Positions 8,525-19,531 of a stretch of DNA of 64,000 nt are shown here, piece after piece. The notes under the pieces are model-generated. The model was not told the DNA's origin. It saw only the letters and a list, made by a program, of their open reading frames with translations, and made no database searches. The position numbers were made by a program, and so were the translations under genes. This DNA is from an uncultured Nitrospinota bacterium. Lineage in GTDB: Bacteria; Tectomicrobia; Entotheonellia; J063; CAVPRW01. Position 1 is the stretch's first letter; the number at the start of each line of letters is the position of its first letter. The stretch is from the NCBI GenBank assembly GCA_963707985.1, contig CAVPRW010000041.1:32001-96000 (forward strand), written 5' to 3'.

Positions 8525-9790
8525 TTATTCATCCAAACTGAACAGGTCCCGGAGGGCCTGGAGGTATCGCCCTCCCCCTTTGGCCTGTGATTCTTGCTTA
8601 AGCCGCACGATGGGTGTATGCAAGAGTTTATTGATGATGGAGGAGGACATGGCTTCGATCGCCTGGCGCTCGACGTCAGAGAGCGGTCCGAGCTTCGAGA
8701 AGAGCTTTTCCAGCTCTTGATGGCGAATCGCCTCGGCCTTTCGGCGCAGGCGAATCACCGCGGGAACGACCTGCTGTTCGTCGAACCATTTCAGCACATC
8801 CTCAACTTCATGTGAGATGATGGTTTCCGCCAGGACGGCCTCGCGCTCGCGCGCCTTGCGGTTCTCCTCAACCACATGCTGCAAGTCATCGATATCATAC
8901 AAATAGACGTTGGCCAGCCCGTTCACGGCCGGATCAATATCACGAGGCACGGCGATGTCGATGAAGAACATCGGGCGATTCTTCCGCTGTTTCAGCGCAC
9001 TCTGCACGTCGGCCTTGTGGAGAACGAAATCAGGGGCGCCAGTGGAGCTGACGATAATATCCGCTCGGTGCAGGTATGTAGGCAACTCAGCCAGTGCCAC
9101 ACCTTCTCCCTGGAGACGAGAAGCCAGGTCCATAGCGCGTGTGAGGGTGCGATTGGCGACCAGCAGATGTCGCACGCCCTGGCTGATGAGATGTCGTGCG
9201 GTTAGCTCAGACATCTCCCCGGCTCCGAGGATGAGAACGGTTTTAGCCGAGAGGTCCTGGAAGATCTTCTTAGCGAGCTCGACGGCTGCATAACTGACCG
9301 AAACTGCCTGCTCGCCGATGTGCGTCTCGGTGCGCACACGCTTGGCGACCGCAAAGGCCCGCTCAAACACTTGATTGAAGACAGTGCCTGTGGCGTTGGC
9401 ACGGCGGGCGATGGCAAACGCCTCCTTGACCTGTGCGGCGATTTGGGGCTCACCAATGACCAACGAGTCGAGGCTGGAGACTACACGAAAGAGATGACGC
9501 AGCGCCCCGGCACCATGGTGTGTATAGAGAAACGGTGTCAGCGTTTCGGTGACCAGGCCATGGTAATCACTCAAAAATTGTTGTAAGCGGTTGCTGCCGT
9601 GGACGAGATGCTGGACATGGCCGTAGACCTCGACCCGATTGCACGTCGAGAGAATGACCCTCTCACCCCCGTCGGTATAGTGGGCTAGCTTTTCGAGTGG
9701 GCCATCGAGGGTATCTGGGGGAAAATGCAGCCGCTCCCGCCATTCGATTGGCGTCGTTTTGTGGTTTAGACCGACGACAATGATTTCCAT
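8525..9790 (-). CDS. hemA: Glutamyl-tRNA reductase
   Basis: GLNHKT, LSTCNRVE, SLDSLVIGEPQI, GAGEM, DIAVPRDID. Confidence 0.97.
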   Translation of the reverse strand: MEIIVVGLNHKTTPIEWRERLHFPPDTLDGPLEKLAHYTDGGERVILSTCNRVEVYGHVQHLVHGSNRLQQFLSDYHGLVTETLTPFLYTHHGAGALRHLFRVVSSLDSLVIGEPQIAAQVKEAFAIARRANATGTVFNQVFERAFAVAKRVRTETHIGEQAVSVSYAAVELAKKIFQDLSAKTVLILGAGEMSELTARHLISQGVRHLLVANRTLTRAMDLASRLQGEGVALAELPTYLHRADIIVSSTGAPDFVLHKADVQSALKQRKNRPMFFIDIAVPRDIDPAVNGLANVYLYDIDDLQHVVEENRKAREREAVLAETIISHEVEDVLKWFDEQQVVPAVIRLRRKAEAIRHQELEKLFSKLGPLSDVERQAIEAMSSSIINKLLHTPIVRLKQESQAKGGGRYLQALRDLFSLDE

Positions 9791-9855
9791 CGCCCTAGCG
9801 CGATCCCCTTCTGCCCGAGACGGGGGTCATCCCATGACTGGCGCCCCCCCCTGCC

Positions 9856-10647
9856 TTAGCCGAGGGTGTGTATTAAGTATCCAAAGCTCACTGCGCAAAA
9901 GCCCACGATCACGGCCAACGCCGCACGCCTTCCCCGCCACCCCAGGTACCAGCGGCCGACAAACAGCAGCGTATAAATTCCCCACATGACGATCAGCGGC
10001 CAGGTCGTCCGCTCCCAGATCCAGAAAGAGCCCCGCGCGTATCGAGCCCAGATAGCCCCCGTAATGATCCCCTGAGTCAGCAACGGAAGTCCGAAGGCCA
10101 GCGCCCAAAAGTTCAAACGATCGAGCATTTCCAATGACGGCAACCGGGTTGAGAACCCTCCCGGTTGCTTGGCCTTGAGGTAGCTATCCTGGATCAGATA
10201 CATAATGCCGCCGCAGAACGTCAGTGCGAAGGCGGCATTCCCCAGACAGGCGAGCACGACATGGATAATGAGCCAGAAGCTGGTCAGCGGAGGAAGAAAG
10301 TGAGCCGACTCCGGAGGGATCGCCACCCCTAGTAGCAGGGCGAAGAGTGCTATTGGCATTAAGAAGGACCCCAGCGCACGTATGCGTGTAGCCAACTCGG
10401 CAATGAGATACGCCAACACCACGGTCCAGGAGAAGAAGGCCGTGGCGCCTTGTACTTCAGAGAAGAGCAGGGACCCGACGCGAGAGACTTCCACGCTGAG
10501 ATATCCAGTATGCAAAAGAAACCCGACGCACGCGGCTCCAACGGCGTACGGCAACAGTATACGCTTGCGGGAAGCCATCAGCAGCCAATGGAACAACGTG
10601 CTCAGTATGTAACAGAAGAGGGTCAGGTTGTCGAGGATGACGTTCAT
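9856..10647 (-). CDS. Cytochrome c assembly family membrane protein (CcsA/HemX-like)
   Basis: Eight hydrophobic segments, RLPSLEMLD, GIITGAIWA, GWRGRRAA; directly upstream of hemA. Confidence 0.8.
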   Translation of the reverse strand: MNVILDNLTLFCYILSTLFHWLLMASRKRILLPYAVGAACVGFLLHTGYLSVEVSRVGSLLFSEVQGATAFFSWTVVLAYLIAELATRIRALGSFLMPIALFALLLGVAIPPESAHFLPPLTSFWLIIHVVLACLGNAAFALTFCGGIMYLIQDSYLKAKQPGGFSTRLPSLEMLDRLNFWALAFGLPLLTQGIITGAIWARYARGSFWIWERTTWPLIVMWGIYTLLFVGRWYLGWRGRRAALAVIVGFCAVSFGYLIHTLG

Positions 10648-10665
10648 GACCCGTCGATTTCCTGC

Positions 10666-11160
10666 TTAACTCCTGCCACCTATCCTGTCTGCCTCGAATG
10701 GCAACGATGTAGGGGAGGAGGCGAGACGTTCGATTTTCTCCAGACGCCGGCTATGTCGGCCTCCCTCAAAAGGCGTGTGCAGCCAGGCATTGACGATGTC
10801 CAGTGCCACCATCTCCCCGGTGATGCGGCTCCCCATCGTCAGCACATTGGCATCGTTATGGGCGCGACTGAAGCGTGCCGTGGTGGGATCATGGCAGACG
10901 GCCGCACGCAGGTGCGCAAACTTATTGGCGACAATGGACATCCCGACGCCCGTACCACAGATCAAAATGCCGCGCTCGACCTCACCGGCCCCCATCGCCT
11001 CCGCTAACGCGATGGCGAAATCCGGGTAATCGCAGGCCTCTTCGCTATGAGTTCCGAGATCGATGACGGTATATGAGTGCTCAATGAGCCAGCGTCTAAC
11101 CGACTCTTTAAGGCGGAAGCCGGCATGATCGCTACCGATACCGATCCGTTCTTGCTGCAT
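10666..11160 (-). CDS. rpiB: Ribose-5-phosphate isomerase B
   Basis: GSDHAG, DYPD, CGTGVGMSIVANK, HNDANVL, FEGGRH. Confidence 0.96.
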   Translation of the reverse strand: MQQERIGIGSDHAGFRLKESVRRWLIEHSYTVIDLGTHSEEACDYPDFAIALAEAMGAGEVERGILICGTGVGMSIVANKFAHLRAAVCHDPTTARFSRAHNDANVLTMGSRITGEMVALDIVNAWLHTPFEGGRHSRRLEKIERLASSPTSLPFEADRIGGRS

Positions 11161-11259
11161 GCCGTCATTCCCTCCAGGATACGCCTCCCATGCTCCCTCC
11201 TGCCCATCGACACGGTGCTAAAGGGCATACTGCGAGGCTGTAGAACAAGGGATGATGAG

Positions 11260-12333
11260 CTACAAATGGTTCATGGCTCGACTGCGCAGCCAGTGATCCG
11301 CCAGGACGAGCGCAACCATGGCCTCTGCGACAGGTACTGCACGCGGGCAGAGACAGGGGTCGTGGCGGCCGTGCACTTCCAGATCGACCGCCGCTCCCTC
11401 CTTGGTAACCGACCGCTGTGACTTGCTGATTGACGATGGCGGTTTCACCGCCAAGCGGACGACGATATCTTCTCCGTTCGAGATTCCCCCAAGCATACCT
11501 CCGGCATGGTTCGTCTGTGTACGTATCCGTCCTGATGCATCGGTGTAAAACTCATCGTTATGCTCAGAGCCTCGGAGCATGACACTGCGGAATCCTAGTC
11601 CGATTTCCACGCCCTTGATGGCGTTGATGCTCATGATGGCCTTCGCCAGGTCGGCATCAAGACGATCATAAACGGGCTCGCCCAGGCCTACGGGCACCCC
11701 CGTCGCCACCACCTCAACGACCCCACCCACAGAGTCACCTTCCGCCTTGGCTGCCAAAATCAGGGCTTCCATCTGCTTCGCCGCCTCCTGATCAGGGCAG
11801 CGGACAATGTTGCGTTCGATCTCATCGATGTCGATAACTTGAGCTTCGATCGATCCCACCTGGCGGGTGAAGCCGTAGATCTGCACACCGACGGTGCTCA
11901 GGATCTTCTTGGCAATCGCAGCAGCCGCGACACGACAGGCGGTTTCGCGCGCGCTAGAACGCCCACCTCCCCGATAGTCGCGGAGGCCGTATTTCATTTC
12001 GTAGGTAAAATCCGCGTGACCAGGACGATAGATGTCTTTGATCGGTTCATACTTACTCGAATCAGCGTCTTTGTTCCAGATCAGTAACGAGATGGGGGTC
12101 CCCACGGTCTGTCCTTGGAAGAGACCGGAGAGAATTTCGACCCGATCCTCTTCCTGACGAGCAGAGGTGACCTTGCTCTGTCCGACTCGACGTCGGTCGA
12201 GATCGTGCTGAATATCTTCGGCCGACAACTCGAGGCCCGCCGGGCAGCCATCGACCACGACGCCGATGGCACGTCCGTGCGACTCTCCCCATGTCGTGAT
12301 GCGAAACAGCTCCCCAAAACTATTTCCGGCCAC
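11260..12333 (-). CDS. aroC: Chorismate synthase
   Basis: [30 protein letters not shown]; probable GTG start 12333. Confidence 0.97.
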   Translation of the reverse strand: MAGNSFGELFRITTWGESHGRAIGVVVDGCPAGLELSAEDIQHDLDRRRVGQSKVTSARQEEDRVEILSGLFQGQTVGTPISLLIWNKDADSSKYEPIKDIYRPGHADFTYEMKYGLRDYRGGGRSSARETACRVAAAAIAKKILSTVGVQIYGFTRQVGSIEAQVIDIDEIERNIVRCPDQEAAKQMEALILAAKAEGDSVGGVVEVVATGVPVGLGEPVYDRLDADLAKAIMSINAIKGVEIGLGFRSVMLRGSEHNDEFYTDASGRIRTQTNHAGGMLGGISNGEDIVVRLAVKPPSSISKSQRSVTKEGAAVDLEVHGRHDPCLCPRAVPVAEAMVALVLADHWLRSRAMNHL

Positions 12334-12471
12334 TGGGTGACCCCCTCTACTCCCTCCCCATGTCCCCAAAATCGGCACATGCAGGAGCGGGAATGCTGAC
12401 GCGACAGCTGGTCTGTATTCGTTAGCCTATGCGCTACAATTGTCAGTTGCGCGGACGCGAAAATTTCTCCA

Positions 12472-12500
12472 ACTGTACCTGACTTCTGTAGAAATGTAAA
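12472..12500 (-). promoter_or_regulatory. Putative sigma70 promoter for aroC
   Basis: TTTACA-N17-TACAGT on minus strand. Confidence 0.4.
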
Positions 12501-12555
12501 CGGTCACCTCAAAACCGGACAGGCACAGCCGATGCCCTGAGCCATTTCCCTGCTA

Positions 12556-13509
12556 TCAGCGCAAGGCCTCTTGCGTGCCATCTCTGGGGCTGGCCAGAAG
12601 GCTGTGAATCAGCTCAGTGGCGACGGACATCGGCGTTTTTGTCAGGGAGATCCAGTGCATACCAGGTATACGCCGAAACCAGGTCATCTGACGCTTGGCC
12701 AGGCGCCAGGTGTGGCGCTCGATGAGCTCTCGGGCTTGAGCCAAACCCCATGCTCCACCGAGAAAGGCGACGACTTCTCCATAGCCTACGCTCTGGAGGG
12801 GGGGCAAGGTCGGGGCATAGCCCATGCCCAATAACATTCGCACTTCACGTTCAAGCCCCATCTGCAACATAGTCTCGGTACGAGCTGCGATGCGTCGCCG
12901 CAGATCTTCACGCTCACGTGTCAGGCCGATGAAGATGAAGGACGTGGGTCGAACCGGGTCTCGCCACTGGCATTGCCACTGGGAAATCGGTTTTCCTGTC
13001 AATGTATAGATTTCCAGGGCACGAATGATCCGCACACGGTCATGTGGGTGAATACGATTGGCGGCGGCCTGATCCACGACGGCCAGGCGATCATGCAAGG
13101 CCTGGAGCCCCAGAGTGTGCGCTTCTGCTTCCAAGGCTCCGCGTAGCTGTGAATTCGCACCTGGACCGGTGAAGAGACCATCCGTCAGAGCACGAATATA
13201 GAGCCCACTTCCCCCCACGACAAGTGGTTGCTTGCCGCGGGCTTCAATGACATGTATGCAGCCCCAGGCCAACCGGGCGAAACCCGCGGCATTCAGAGGT
13301 TCATTAGGGTTGAGGATGTCGATCAGGTGATGTGGGAAGGCCTGGCGCTGAGCGAGGCTGGGTTTCGCGGTACCAATGTCCAGGCCACGATAGACCTGGC
13401 GGGAGTCGCCCCCGATGATCTCCGCGTTCAGGGCTTGGGCAATGGCGAGGCTGAGATCGGTCTTGCCGACCGCGGTGGGGCCGACAATAACCGGAATTGG
13501 ACGTGTCAT
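12556..13509 (-). CDS. miaA: tRNA dimethylallyltransferase
   Basis: GPTAVGKT, DSRQVYRGLDIGTAKP, VGGSGLY, LAKRQMTWF. Confidence 0.97.
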   Translation of the reverse strand: MTRPIPVIVGPTAVGKTDLSLAIAQALNAEIIGGDSRQVYRGLDIGTAKPSLAQRQAFPHHLIDILNPNEPLNAAGFARLAWGCIHVIEARGKQPLVVGGSGLYIRALTDGLFTGPGANSQLRGALEAEAHTLGLQALHDRLAVVDQAAANRIHPHDRVRIIRALEIYTLTGKPISQWQCQWRDPVRPTSFIFIGLTREREDLRRRIAARTETMLQMGLEREVRMLLGMGYAPTLPPLQSVGYGEVVAFLGGAWGLAQARELIERHTWRLAKRQMTWFRRIPGMHWISLTKTPMSVATELIHSLLASPRDGTQEALR

Positions 13510-13512
13510 GGC

Positions 13513-14049
13513 TCACTGCGGTACCTTGGCGAGCGCCTGCTCGAAGGCCTGGCAGGCATCTGGTGTGAAGAGTACAAATACAACCTGTTGAAGAGATGTC
13601 CGAGGGGTGTTGTGCAGCACGGTGCAGGTGGCCTCGATCATCACGCGTGCTGCTTCGTCGACGGGGAATCCGCCCACGCCCGTTCCCAGTGCTGGCAACG
13701 CAATACTGATCAGACCTAAAGCGGCTGCCTGCCCCAAGCTGTTGATCGTTGCCTGACGAATAAGCTCAGCGTTCGCCACCAGATCCTGCCCCATTGCCGC
13801 GGCGTGAATGACATACCGCGCCTTCAAGCGTCCACCACCGGTCACCACTGCCGCACCAACAGGAATCGGCCCTTGACGAACGGCCTCATCTTCGATGACT
13901 TGGCCACCTTGGCGCTTGATCGCACCTGCGACGCCGGCCCCCATCCACAGATGATTATTGGCAGCATTGACGATGGCGTCGACGCTACATGTGGTGATGT
14001 CCCCCTGGACCACCTCGAGTGTGGTTGCTCCTACGTGTGCGATCATCAT
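13513..14049 (-). CDS. Macro domain protein (ADP-ribose binding/hydrolase)
   Basis: GDIT..VDAIVNAANNHLWMGAGVAGAI, VIHAA, PALGTGVGGF; probable start 14049. Confidence 0.92.
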   Translation of the reverse strand: MMIAHVGATTLEVVQGDITTCSVDAIVNAANNHLWMGAGVAGAIKRQGGQVIEDEAVRQGPIPVGAAVVTGGGRLKARYVIHAAAMGQDLVANAELIRQATINSLGQAAALGLISIALPALGTGVGGFPVDEAARVMIEATCTVLHNTPRTSLQQVVFVLFTPDACQAFEQALAKVPQ

Positions 14050-14290
14050 CCACTCCCCGGTCCCCACCTCCGCCCAGCGAGGGCATAGCAGCCTCAGGAC
14101 GGCCGGATTCCTGAAGACCGGCGAATGATTCTGGCGTTGTCGAAAAAATCCCCTCGATTCCCATGCAGCGGGAATGAGCGCTTGGCCCCTGGCGGTCCTG
14201 GGCACTCCAGATTCACGCTGCCCAGATAGAGCTGGTCCCTTGAGTGCGCTTCATGCTCACGAGGTTAGGGACACCGACCCGGCGGGACGC

Positions 14291-15013
14291 CTAGTGAGCA
14301 CGAGACTCACGCATGAGGCGATGGTGCGCAACGACCTGTTCGACCGGTCCCGACACAATGTAGACGACAAACAGTGCAAAAATCAAAAGTTCAGGTCTTA
14401 GAATCAGCGCACAAATAGGAATGATCATTAAAATTAGCCAATTGGGATGACGTCCGCGTAGGCGCAAATTTTTAAAACTACGATATTTGATATTGCTGAT
14501 CATGAGAAACGCCAGCCCACAGGCCACTCCCAGGATTATCACGGGTTGTGGCTCGGCAAAGGCGATAAAATTTTTCCCGAGCAGGATCAGCGACGCCACC
14601 ATGCCGGCTGCAGCGGGGATGGGAAGCCCGGTGAAGTGAAAACTGGAACTCTGGCCCACCTGTACATTGAATCTTGCTAAGCGCAGGGCACCACAAATCA
14701 GGAAGATGAAAGCGGCAATCCAGCCAAACCGCCCTACCGGCTCGAGTGCCCACAGGTAGAGAATCAGGCTCGGGGCGACGCCGAATGAGAGCAAGTCTGC
14801 CAAGGAGTCGTATTCGACGCCGAAATTACTCGTGGTTTTGGTCAAACGCGCCACTTTGCCGTCGAGGCCGTCGAATACAACCGCGACTAGAATCGCGATT
14901 GCGGCTTGGTAAAAATCCTCTCTGAGGGCTGCGATGATGCCGTAGAACCCACAGAATAGGTTGGCAGTCGTCAAAACACTTGGGACGACCTTCCAGAGAC
15001 TGCCATTCCGCAT
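14291..15013 (-). CDS. pssA: CDP-diacylglycerol--serine O-phosphatidyltransferase
   Basis: DGLDGKVAR...FGVEYDSLADLLSFGVAP, ALRLARFN, FTGLPIPAAA. Confidence 0.95.
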   Translation of the reverse strand: MRNGSLWKVVPSVLTTANLFCGFYGIIAALREDFYQAAIAILVAVVFDGLDGKVARLTKTTSNFGVEYDSLADLLSFGVAPSLILYLWALEPVGRFGWIAAFIFLICGALRLARFNVQVGQSSSFHFTGLPIPAAAGMVASLILLGKNFIAFAEPQPVIILGVACGLAFLMISNIKYRSFKNLRLRGRHPNWLILMIIPICALILRPELLIFALFVVYIVSGPVEQVVAHHRLMRESRAH

Positions 15014-15081
15014 CCTATTCTCCTTCTTGCCGCACTCGAAGCGGACGACATGGCCCCTCGTGCCGTCACATAGGCCGTGAG

Positions 15082-15765
15082 CTAGGCGAGCGTTTGATGT
15101 GGTTGTGCCTCAACAGCATGGCTGGGCTGCGCAGACTGTGAGAGGGATGCAGCAAGAACGCTTTCGCCACCTCGGACGCGTTGTCCTGGACACACGTACA
15201 CGGCGTACGCAGGGGGGATGAAAATATCAACGCGGGATCCAAACCGAATCAATCCGAAGCGTTCCCCCAGTTGCAGGTTGTCCCCTACCTTCACACGACA
15301 GACAATACGGCGAGCCAGGATCCCGGCGATCTGTTTGACGAGCACACAGGTCTCACCGGCTTGGAAGGTCACCATATTCTGCTCATTCAGGTCCGAGGCA
15401 TCGGAACGAAACGCCGGGAGAAATTTTCCCGGCTGGTAACGCACATCCATCACTCTCCCTGATAGAGGAGCACGATTGATGTGCACATCGAACACTGACA
15501 AAAAGATGCTGACCAGCGTACCAGCGGGCTCAACCGGATCATGCTGTAGAGGGGTCACCACAACAATTGTACCATCGGCAGGGGCAAGCAGCAATCCTGG
15601 TGATGCGGGACTCACACGTTCGGGATCTCTGAAGAAGTACACCATAAAGCCGGTGAGCGCTAGCAAGAACCATCCTCCCACCGGCATGAGCGTTAGTCCC
15701 ACGATCGCCAACCCGAGCGTAGGGAGGATAAATGGCCATCCCTCGCGTGCGATAGGCAGGCGCAC
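15082..15765 (-). CDS. psd: Phosphatidylserine decarboxylase (in frame with ilvC in this assembly)
   Basis: [45 protein letters not shown] cleavage motif; GTG at 15765. Confidence 0.92.
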   Translation of the reverse strand: MRLPIAREGWPFILPTLGLAIVGLTLMPVGGWFLLALTGFMVYFFRDPERVSPASPGLLLAPADGTIVVVTPLQHDPVEPAGTLVSIFLSVFDVHINRAPLSGRVMDVRYQPGKFLPAFRSDASDLNEQNMVTFQAGETCVLVKQIAGILARRIVCRVKVGDNLQLGERFGLIRFGSRVDIFIPPAYAVYVCPGQRVRGGESVLAASLSQSAQPSHAVEAQPHQTLA

Positions 15766-15770
15766 AGGCG

Positions 15771-16773
15771 TTAGAGTCCCTTCCTTGCGCAGCCAACTCA
15801 TCATCTGCCGTAAGCGGGCGCCCACAACTTCGATGGGATGTTCAGCGTCACGTTTGGTCAGGGCGTTGAAGACTGGGCGGTTGGCCTTGTTCTCAATAAT
15901 CCATTCACGGGCGAATTCTCCCGACTGGATCTCGGCTAAGAGCTTCTTCATGGCTTCACGTGTCTCTTGCGTGATCACACGCCGGCCTCGCGTGATATCC
16001 CCATACTGCGCCGTATCGCTGACCGAATAGCGCATCATGCTAATGCCGCCCTCGTAGATGAGATCGACGATGAGCTTAAGCTCATGAAGGCACTCGAAGT
16101 ATGCGATCTCTGGCTGATAGCCAGCTTGCATCAAGGTATCGAACCCCGCTCGGACCAACTCGGTGACTCCACCGCACAACACCGCTTGTTCACCGAATAG
16201 ATCCGTCTCCGTCTCTTCACGGAAGGTGGTTTCGATGACACCTGCCTTAGTCCCGCCAACGCCCTTGGCATAGGCAAGGGCGATGCGCTTGGCGTTGCCA
16301 GTCGCATCCTGATGGATCGCCAGCAAGCATGGGACACCGACACCCTCTTTGAAGAGGCGGCGCATGATATGCCCGGGGGCTTTCGGAGCGATCATGAACA
16401 CATCGACATCCGCAGACGGTTGGACCTGACCGAAATGAATATTGAACCCATGCGCGAAGGCCAGGGCGTCCCCTTTATCCAAATGCGGTGCGATATCCGC
16501 CAGGTAGGTTTCCCCTTGCCTTTCGTCAGGGATCAAAATCATCACGATGTCGGCGGCCTTCGCGGCTTCTGCCGTGGTCATGACCCGGAAACCATCCCGC
16601 TCCGCCACCGGCCATGACTTACTGCCAGGACGCAGGCCAACCACCACATCTTGGCCGTTATCGCGCAAATTCCCTGCATGGGCATGCCCCTGGCTACCAT
16701 ACCCGATAATGGCGATGCGTTTGCCGTCGAGGAGCTGAAGGTCTGCGTCTGCATCGTAGTACAACTGTGCCAT
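15771..16773 (-). CDS. ilvC: Ketol-acid reductoisomerase
   Basis: [48 protein letters not shown]; expected stop (TAA 15773-15771) is out of frame by one base. Confidence 0.95.
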
Positions 16774-16786
16774 GGGACATCCCCTC

Positions 16787-17323
16787 TTAGGACAACGCTT
16801 TGCTGCCACGTGATAGGGCCACCGGACCTGTGCGCACGATCTCGAGGATGCCAATGGGCTTGATCAGGTCGACAAAGGCGCGAATTTTGTCGCCATCGCC
16901 GGTGACTTCGATAACATACGACTTTGGACTCACATCAATGATGTTGCCGCGGAAAATATCGGTGATACGAAGGATCTCAGCGCGCTGTTCGGGCTCGGCT
17001 CGCACTTTGACGAGGATGAGTTCGCGCTCGACAAAATGTTCACGGCTGAGGTCAACGACTTTGATCACATCGATGAGCTTATTGAGTTGTTTGGTCACCT
17101 GTTCAATGATGCGCGCGTCACCGCTAGACACAATGGTCATGCGGGAGAGGGTGGGATCCTCGGTTGCTGCCACCGCCAGGCTTTCGATGTTAAAGCCACG
17201 GCCGGTGAACAGGCCTGCTACCCTGGCGAGCACGCCAACGCGATTCTCCACCAGCACGGAGATTATATGCTCGCGTACCCCCTTGTCGTGATTGGCATGA
17301 TCGGTTGCCTGTCGTGGTGCCAT
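16787..17323 (-). CDS. ilvN: Acetolactate synthase small subunit
   Basis: [42 protein letters not shown]. Confidence 0.96.
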   Translation of the reverse strand: MAPRQATDHANHDKGVREHIISVLVENRVGVLARVAGLFTGRGFNIESLAVAATEDPTLSRMTIVSSGDARIIEQVTKQLNKLIDVIKVVDLSREHFVERELILVKVRAEPEQRAEILRITDIFRGNIIDVSPKSYVIEVTGDGDKIRAFVDLIKPIGILEIVRTGPVALSRGSKALS

Positions 17324-17346
17324 AGACGTAACCGTGGTCGTCTCCT

Positions 17347-19035
17347 TTATGCCAAAACCATTTCACGCAGCGCAGCACCGGCGGGGACCATCGGATAGAC
17401 CTTTTCCTCGGAGTCCACCACGACTTCGGTGACCACAGGGCCAGGCGTTGCGAACGCCTGCTGTAACGTCGGGATAACTTCATGCGGCTTGGTAGCCCTG
17501 AAGCCCTTAGCGCCGTATGCCTCAGCTAATTTGACGTAGTCCGGAATATTGCCTAAATAACTGTGTGAGTAGCGTTTGTTGTAAAACAACTCCTGCCACT
17601 GTTTGACCATACCGAGGTAGTAATTGTTCAAGATGACGATCTTGATCGGGAGTTGATATTGTACCGCGGTCGCCATCTCGTGCGAGGTCATTTGGAAGCT
17701 GCCATCGCCATCGATGCCGATAACCATCCGGTGGGGAAAGGCCACCTGGGCGCCGATAGCCGCCGGCAAACAGTATCCCATCGTGCCCAGACCTCCGGAA
17801 GTAAGCCAACTCCGCGGCTGCGTGAAGCGGTAGAATTGCGCCGCCCACATCTGGTGTTGTCCGACACCTGTAGCAATGATGGCGTCCTTCGGCGCTAGTT
17901 GGCTAATCGCTTCGATGACATATTGTCCTTTGACGACCTCGTCCCCTTGGTCGTATTTCAAGGGATGGGCGTTCGCCCAGTCAGCGATGGTTGCTAACCA
18001 TGCGGCATGGTCGGTGACCCAATCTTTTTTCACGGTGCGCAGAGACTCGATGAGCGACCGCAGAACGGTCTTCACGTCACCGACAATGGGAATGTCCGTG
18101 CGGACGTTCTTGCCGATATTCGATGGATCGATGTCGATGTGAATGATCGTGTCGGCGTTTTCAGCAAAGGCATCAAGGCGGCCGGTGACCCGATCATCGA
18201 ATCGCGCGCCGAGGGCAAAGATCAGGTCTGCTTCACACATGGCCATATTAGCCCAGTATGTGCCATGCATTCCCAACATGCCCATCGACAGTGGGTGGGT
18301 TTCCGGAAACGACCCCAAGCCCAGGAGCGTAGTCGTGACCGGGGTGTGCAGCAGCTCTGCAAGCTCGCGGAGCTCGGGGGCGGCATTTGAGCTTACGGTT
18401 CCGCCGCCCACGTACAGAACCGGCTGTTTAGCAGTGGCCAAGGCCTTCGTGGCGCGCCGAATTTGACCGCTGTGCCCGGTATACGTCGGTGCATATCCCC
18501 GTAAGTTCACCTCCTGAGGATACGTAAATTCGGTCTCCCACTGACTCACATCCTTCGGAATGTCGACCAGCACTGGGCCCGGCTTGCCCGTTTGGGCAAT
18601 ATAGAACGCCTCCTTAATGGTGCGGGCGAGATCCTCTACGCGGCGAACTACATAGCTATGCTTGACGCACGGCATCGTAATCCCGAAAATATCCGCTTCT
18701 TGAAAGGCATCGTTGCCTATAGCCGTGGTCGGGACCTGGCCAGTGAACACCACGATCGGAATGGCGTCCATATTGGCAGTAACGAGGCCAGTGACGCAAT
18801 TGGTTGCACCAGGACCCGAGGTGGCCAGGCATACACCCGGTCGACCCGAGGCCCGGGCATAGCCATCGGCAGCGTGGACAGCACCCTGCTCGTGGCGCAT
18901 CAGTATGTGGCGGATGGGAGCATCCATCAAAACGTCATAGATCTTCAACACCACGCCACCTGGGTGGCCGAAAATAGCGTCCACCCCTTCTTGCTGCAGG
19001 CTTTCGACGAAGATCTCTGCACCGCATTTCTTCAC
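17347..19035 (-). CDS. ilvB: Acetolactate synthase large subunit
   Basis: RHEQGAVHAADGYAR, TSGPGATN, GQHQMWAAQ, GDGSFQM...NN TPP motif. Confidence 0.97.
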   Translation of the reverse strand: MKKCGAEIFVESLQQEGVDAIFGHPGGVVLKIYDVLMDAPIRHILMRHEQGAVHAADGYARASGRPGVCLATSGPGATNCVTGLVTANMDAIPIVVFTGQVPTTAIGNDAFQEADIFGITMPCVKHSYVVRRVEDLARTIKEAFYIAQTGKPGPVLVDIPKDVSQWETEFTYPQEVNLRGYAPTYTGHSGQIRRATKALATAKQPVLYVGGGTVSSNAAPELRELAELLHTPVTTTLLGLGSFPETHPLSMGMLGMHGTYWANMAMCEADLIFALGARFDDRVTGRLDAFAENADTIIHIDIDPSNIGKNVRTDIPIVGDVKTVLRSLIESLRTVKKDWVTDHAAWLATIADWANAHPLKYDQGDEVVKGQYVIEAISQLAPKDAIIATGVGQHQMWAAQFYRFTQPRSWLTSGGLGTMGYCLPAAIGAQVAFPHRMVIGIDGDGSFQMTSHEMATAVQYQLPIKIVILNNYYLGMVKQWQELFYNKRYSHSYLGNIPDYVKLAEAYGAKGFRATKPHEVIPTLQQAFATPGPVVTEVVVDSEEKVYPMVPAGAALREMVLA

Positions 19036-19227
19036 CGGAGGTTACCTCCTCGGACTCTTCATCACCGCGGCTCGTTGCGATTCGGCTGCGCTCACCAGAG
19101 GGGCCTGCACATGCTATGGCACCACCAAATGAGGATTTCGGTGAGAAGTCCAATAACGGGTCGTGGGGGTACAACTCCCCTCACACATGACTGTTGATGC
19201 TAGGGTGGGCTGCGAGTAGTTCGGAAG

Positions 19228-19256
19228 ACCCTAGCAAACAGCCTTACTGAAGTCAA
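19228..19256 (-). promoter_or_regulatory. Putative sigma70 promoter for ilvBNC
   Basis: TTGACT-N17-TAGGGT with TG extension on minus strand. Confidence 0.4.
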
Positions 19257-19273
19257 CTGAAAAATGCATCCAT

Positions 19274-19507
19274 CTACTTGTTGAGACGGGCTTTATACTC
19301 CTTCAAAATCTCTGCCATACGATCCTTACCCCGCAGCTTGATTTTCTGCACCTGCTTTTTTTCAATCTCCTGCTCGCTGGTCAAAAACCGAAGATTGTTG
19401 AGCTCTTCCAGCTGACGCTCGTATCGCAGGTGCTCCACCATCAGCTGTCGGAACTCGGGGTTCGTCTCCTTGATGTGCTCGATGAGGGCGCTCTCTTCCG
19501 TCTCCAT
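19274..19507 (-). CDS. DUF465/YdcH family small coiled-coil protein
   Basis: 77 aa, H..YE..L, KKQVQKIKLRGKDRM pattern. Confidence 0.75.
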   Translation of the reverse strand: METEESALIEHIKETNPEFRQLMVEHLRYERQLEELNNLRFLTSEQEIEKKQVQKIKLRGKDRMAEILKEYKARLNK

Positions 19508-19531
19508 CAGCTGTTCACCTCCTCATAGGAA

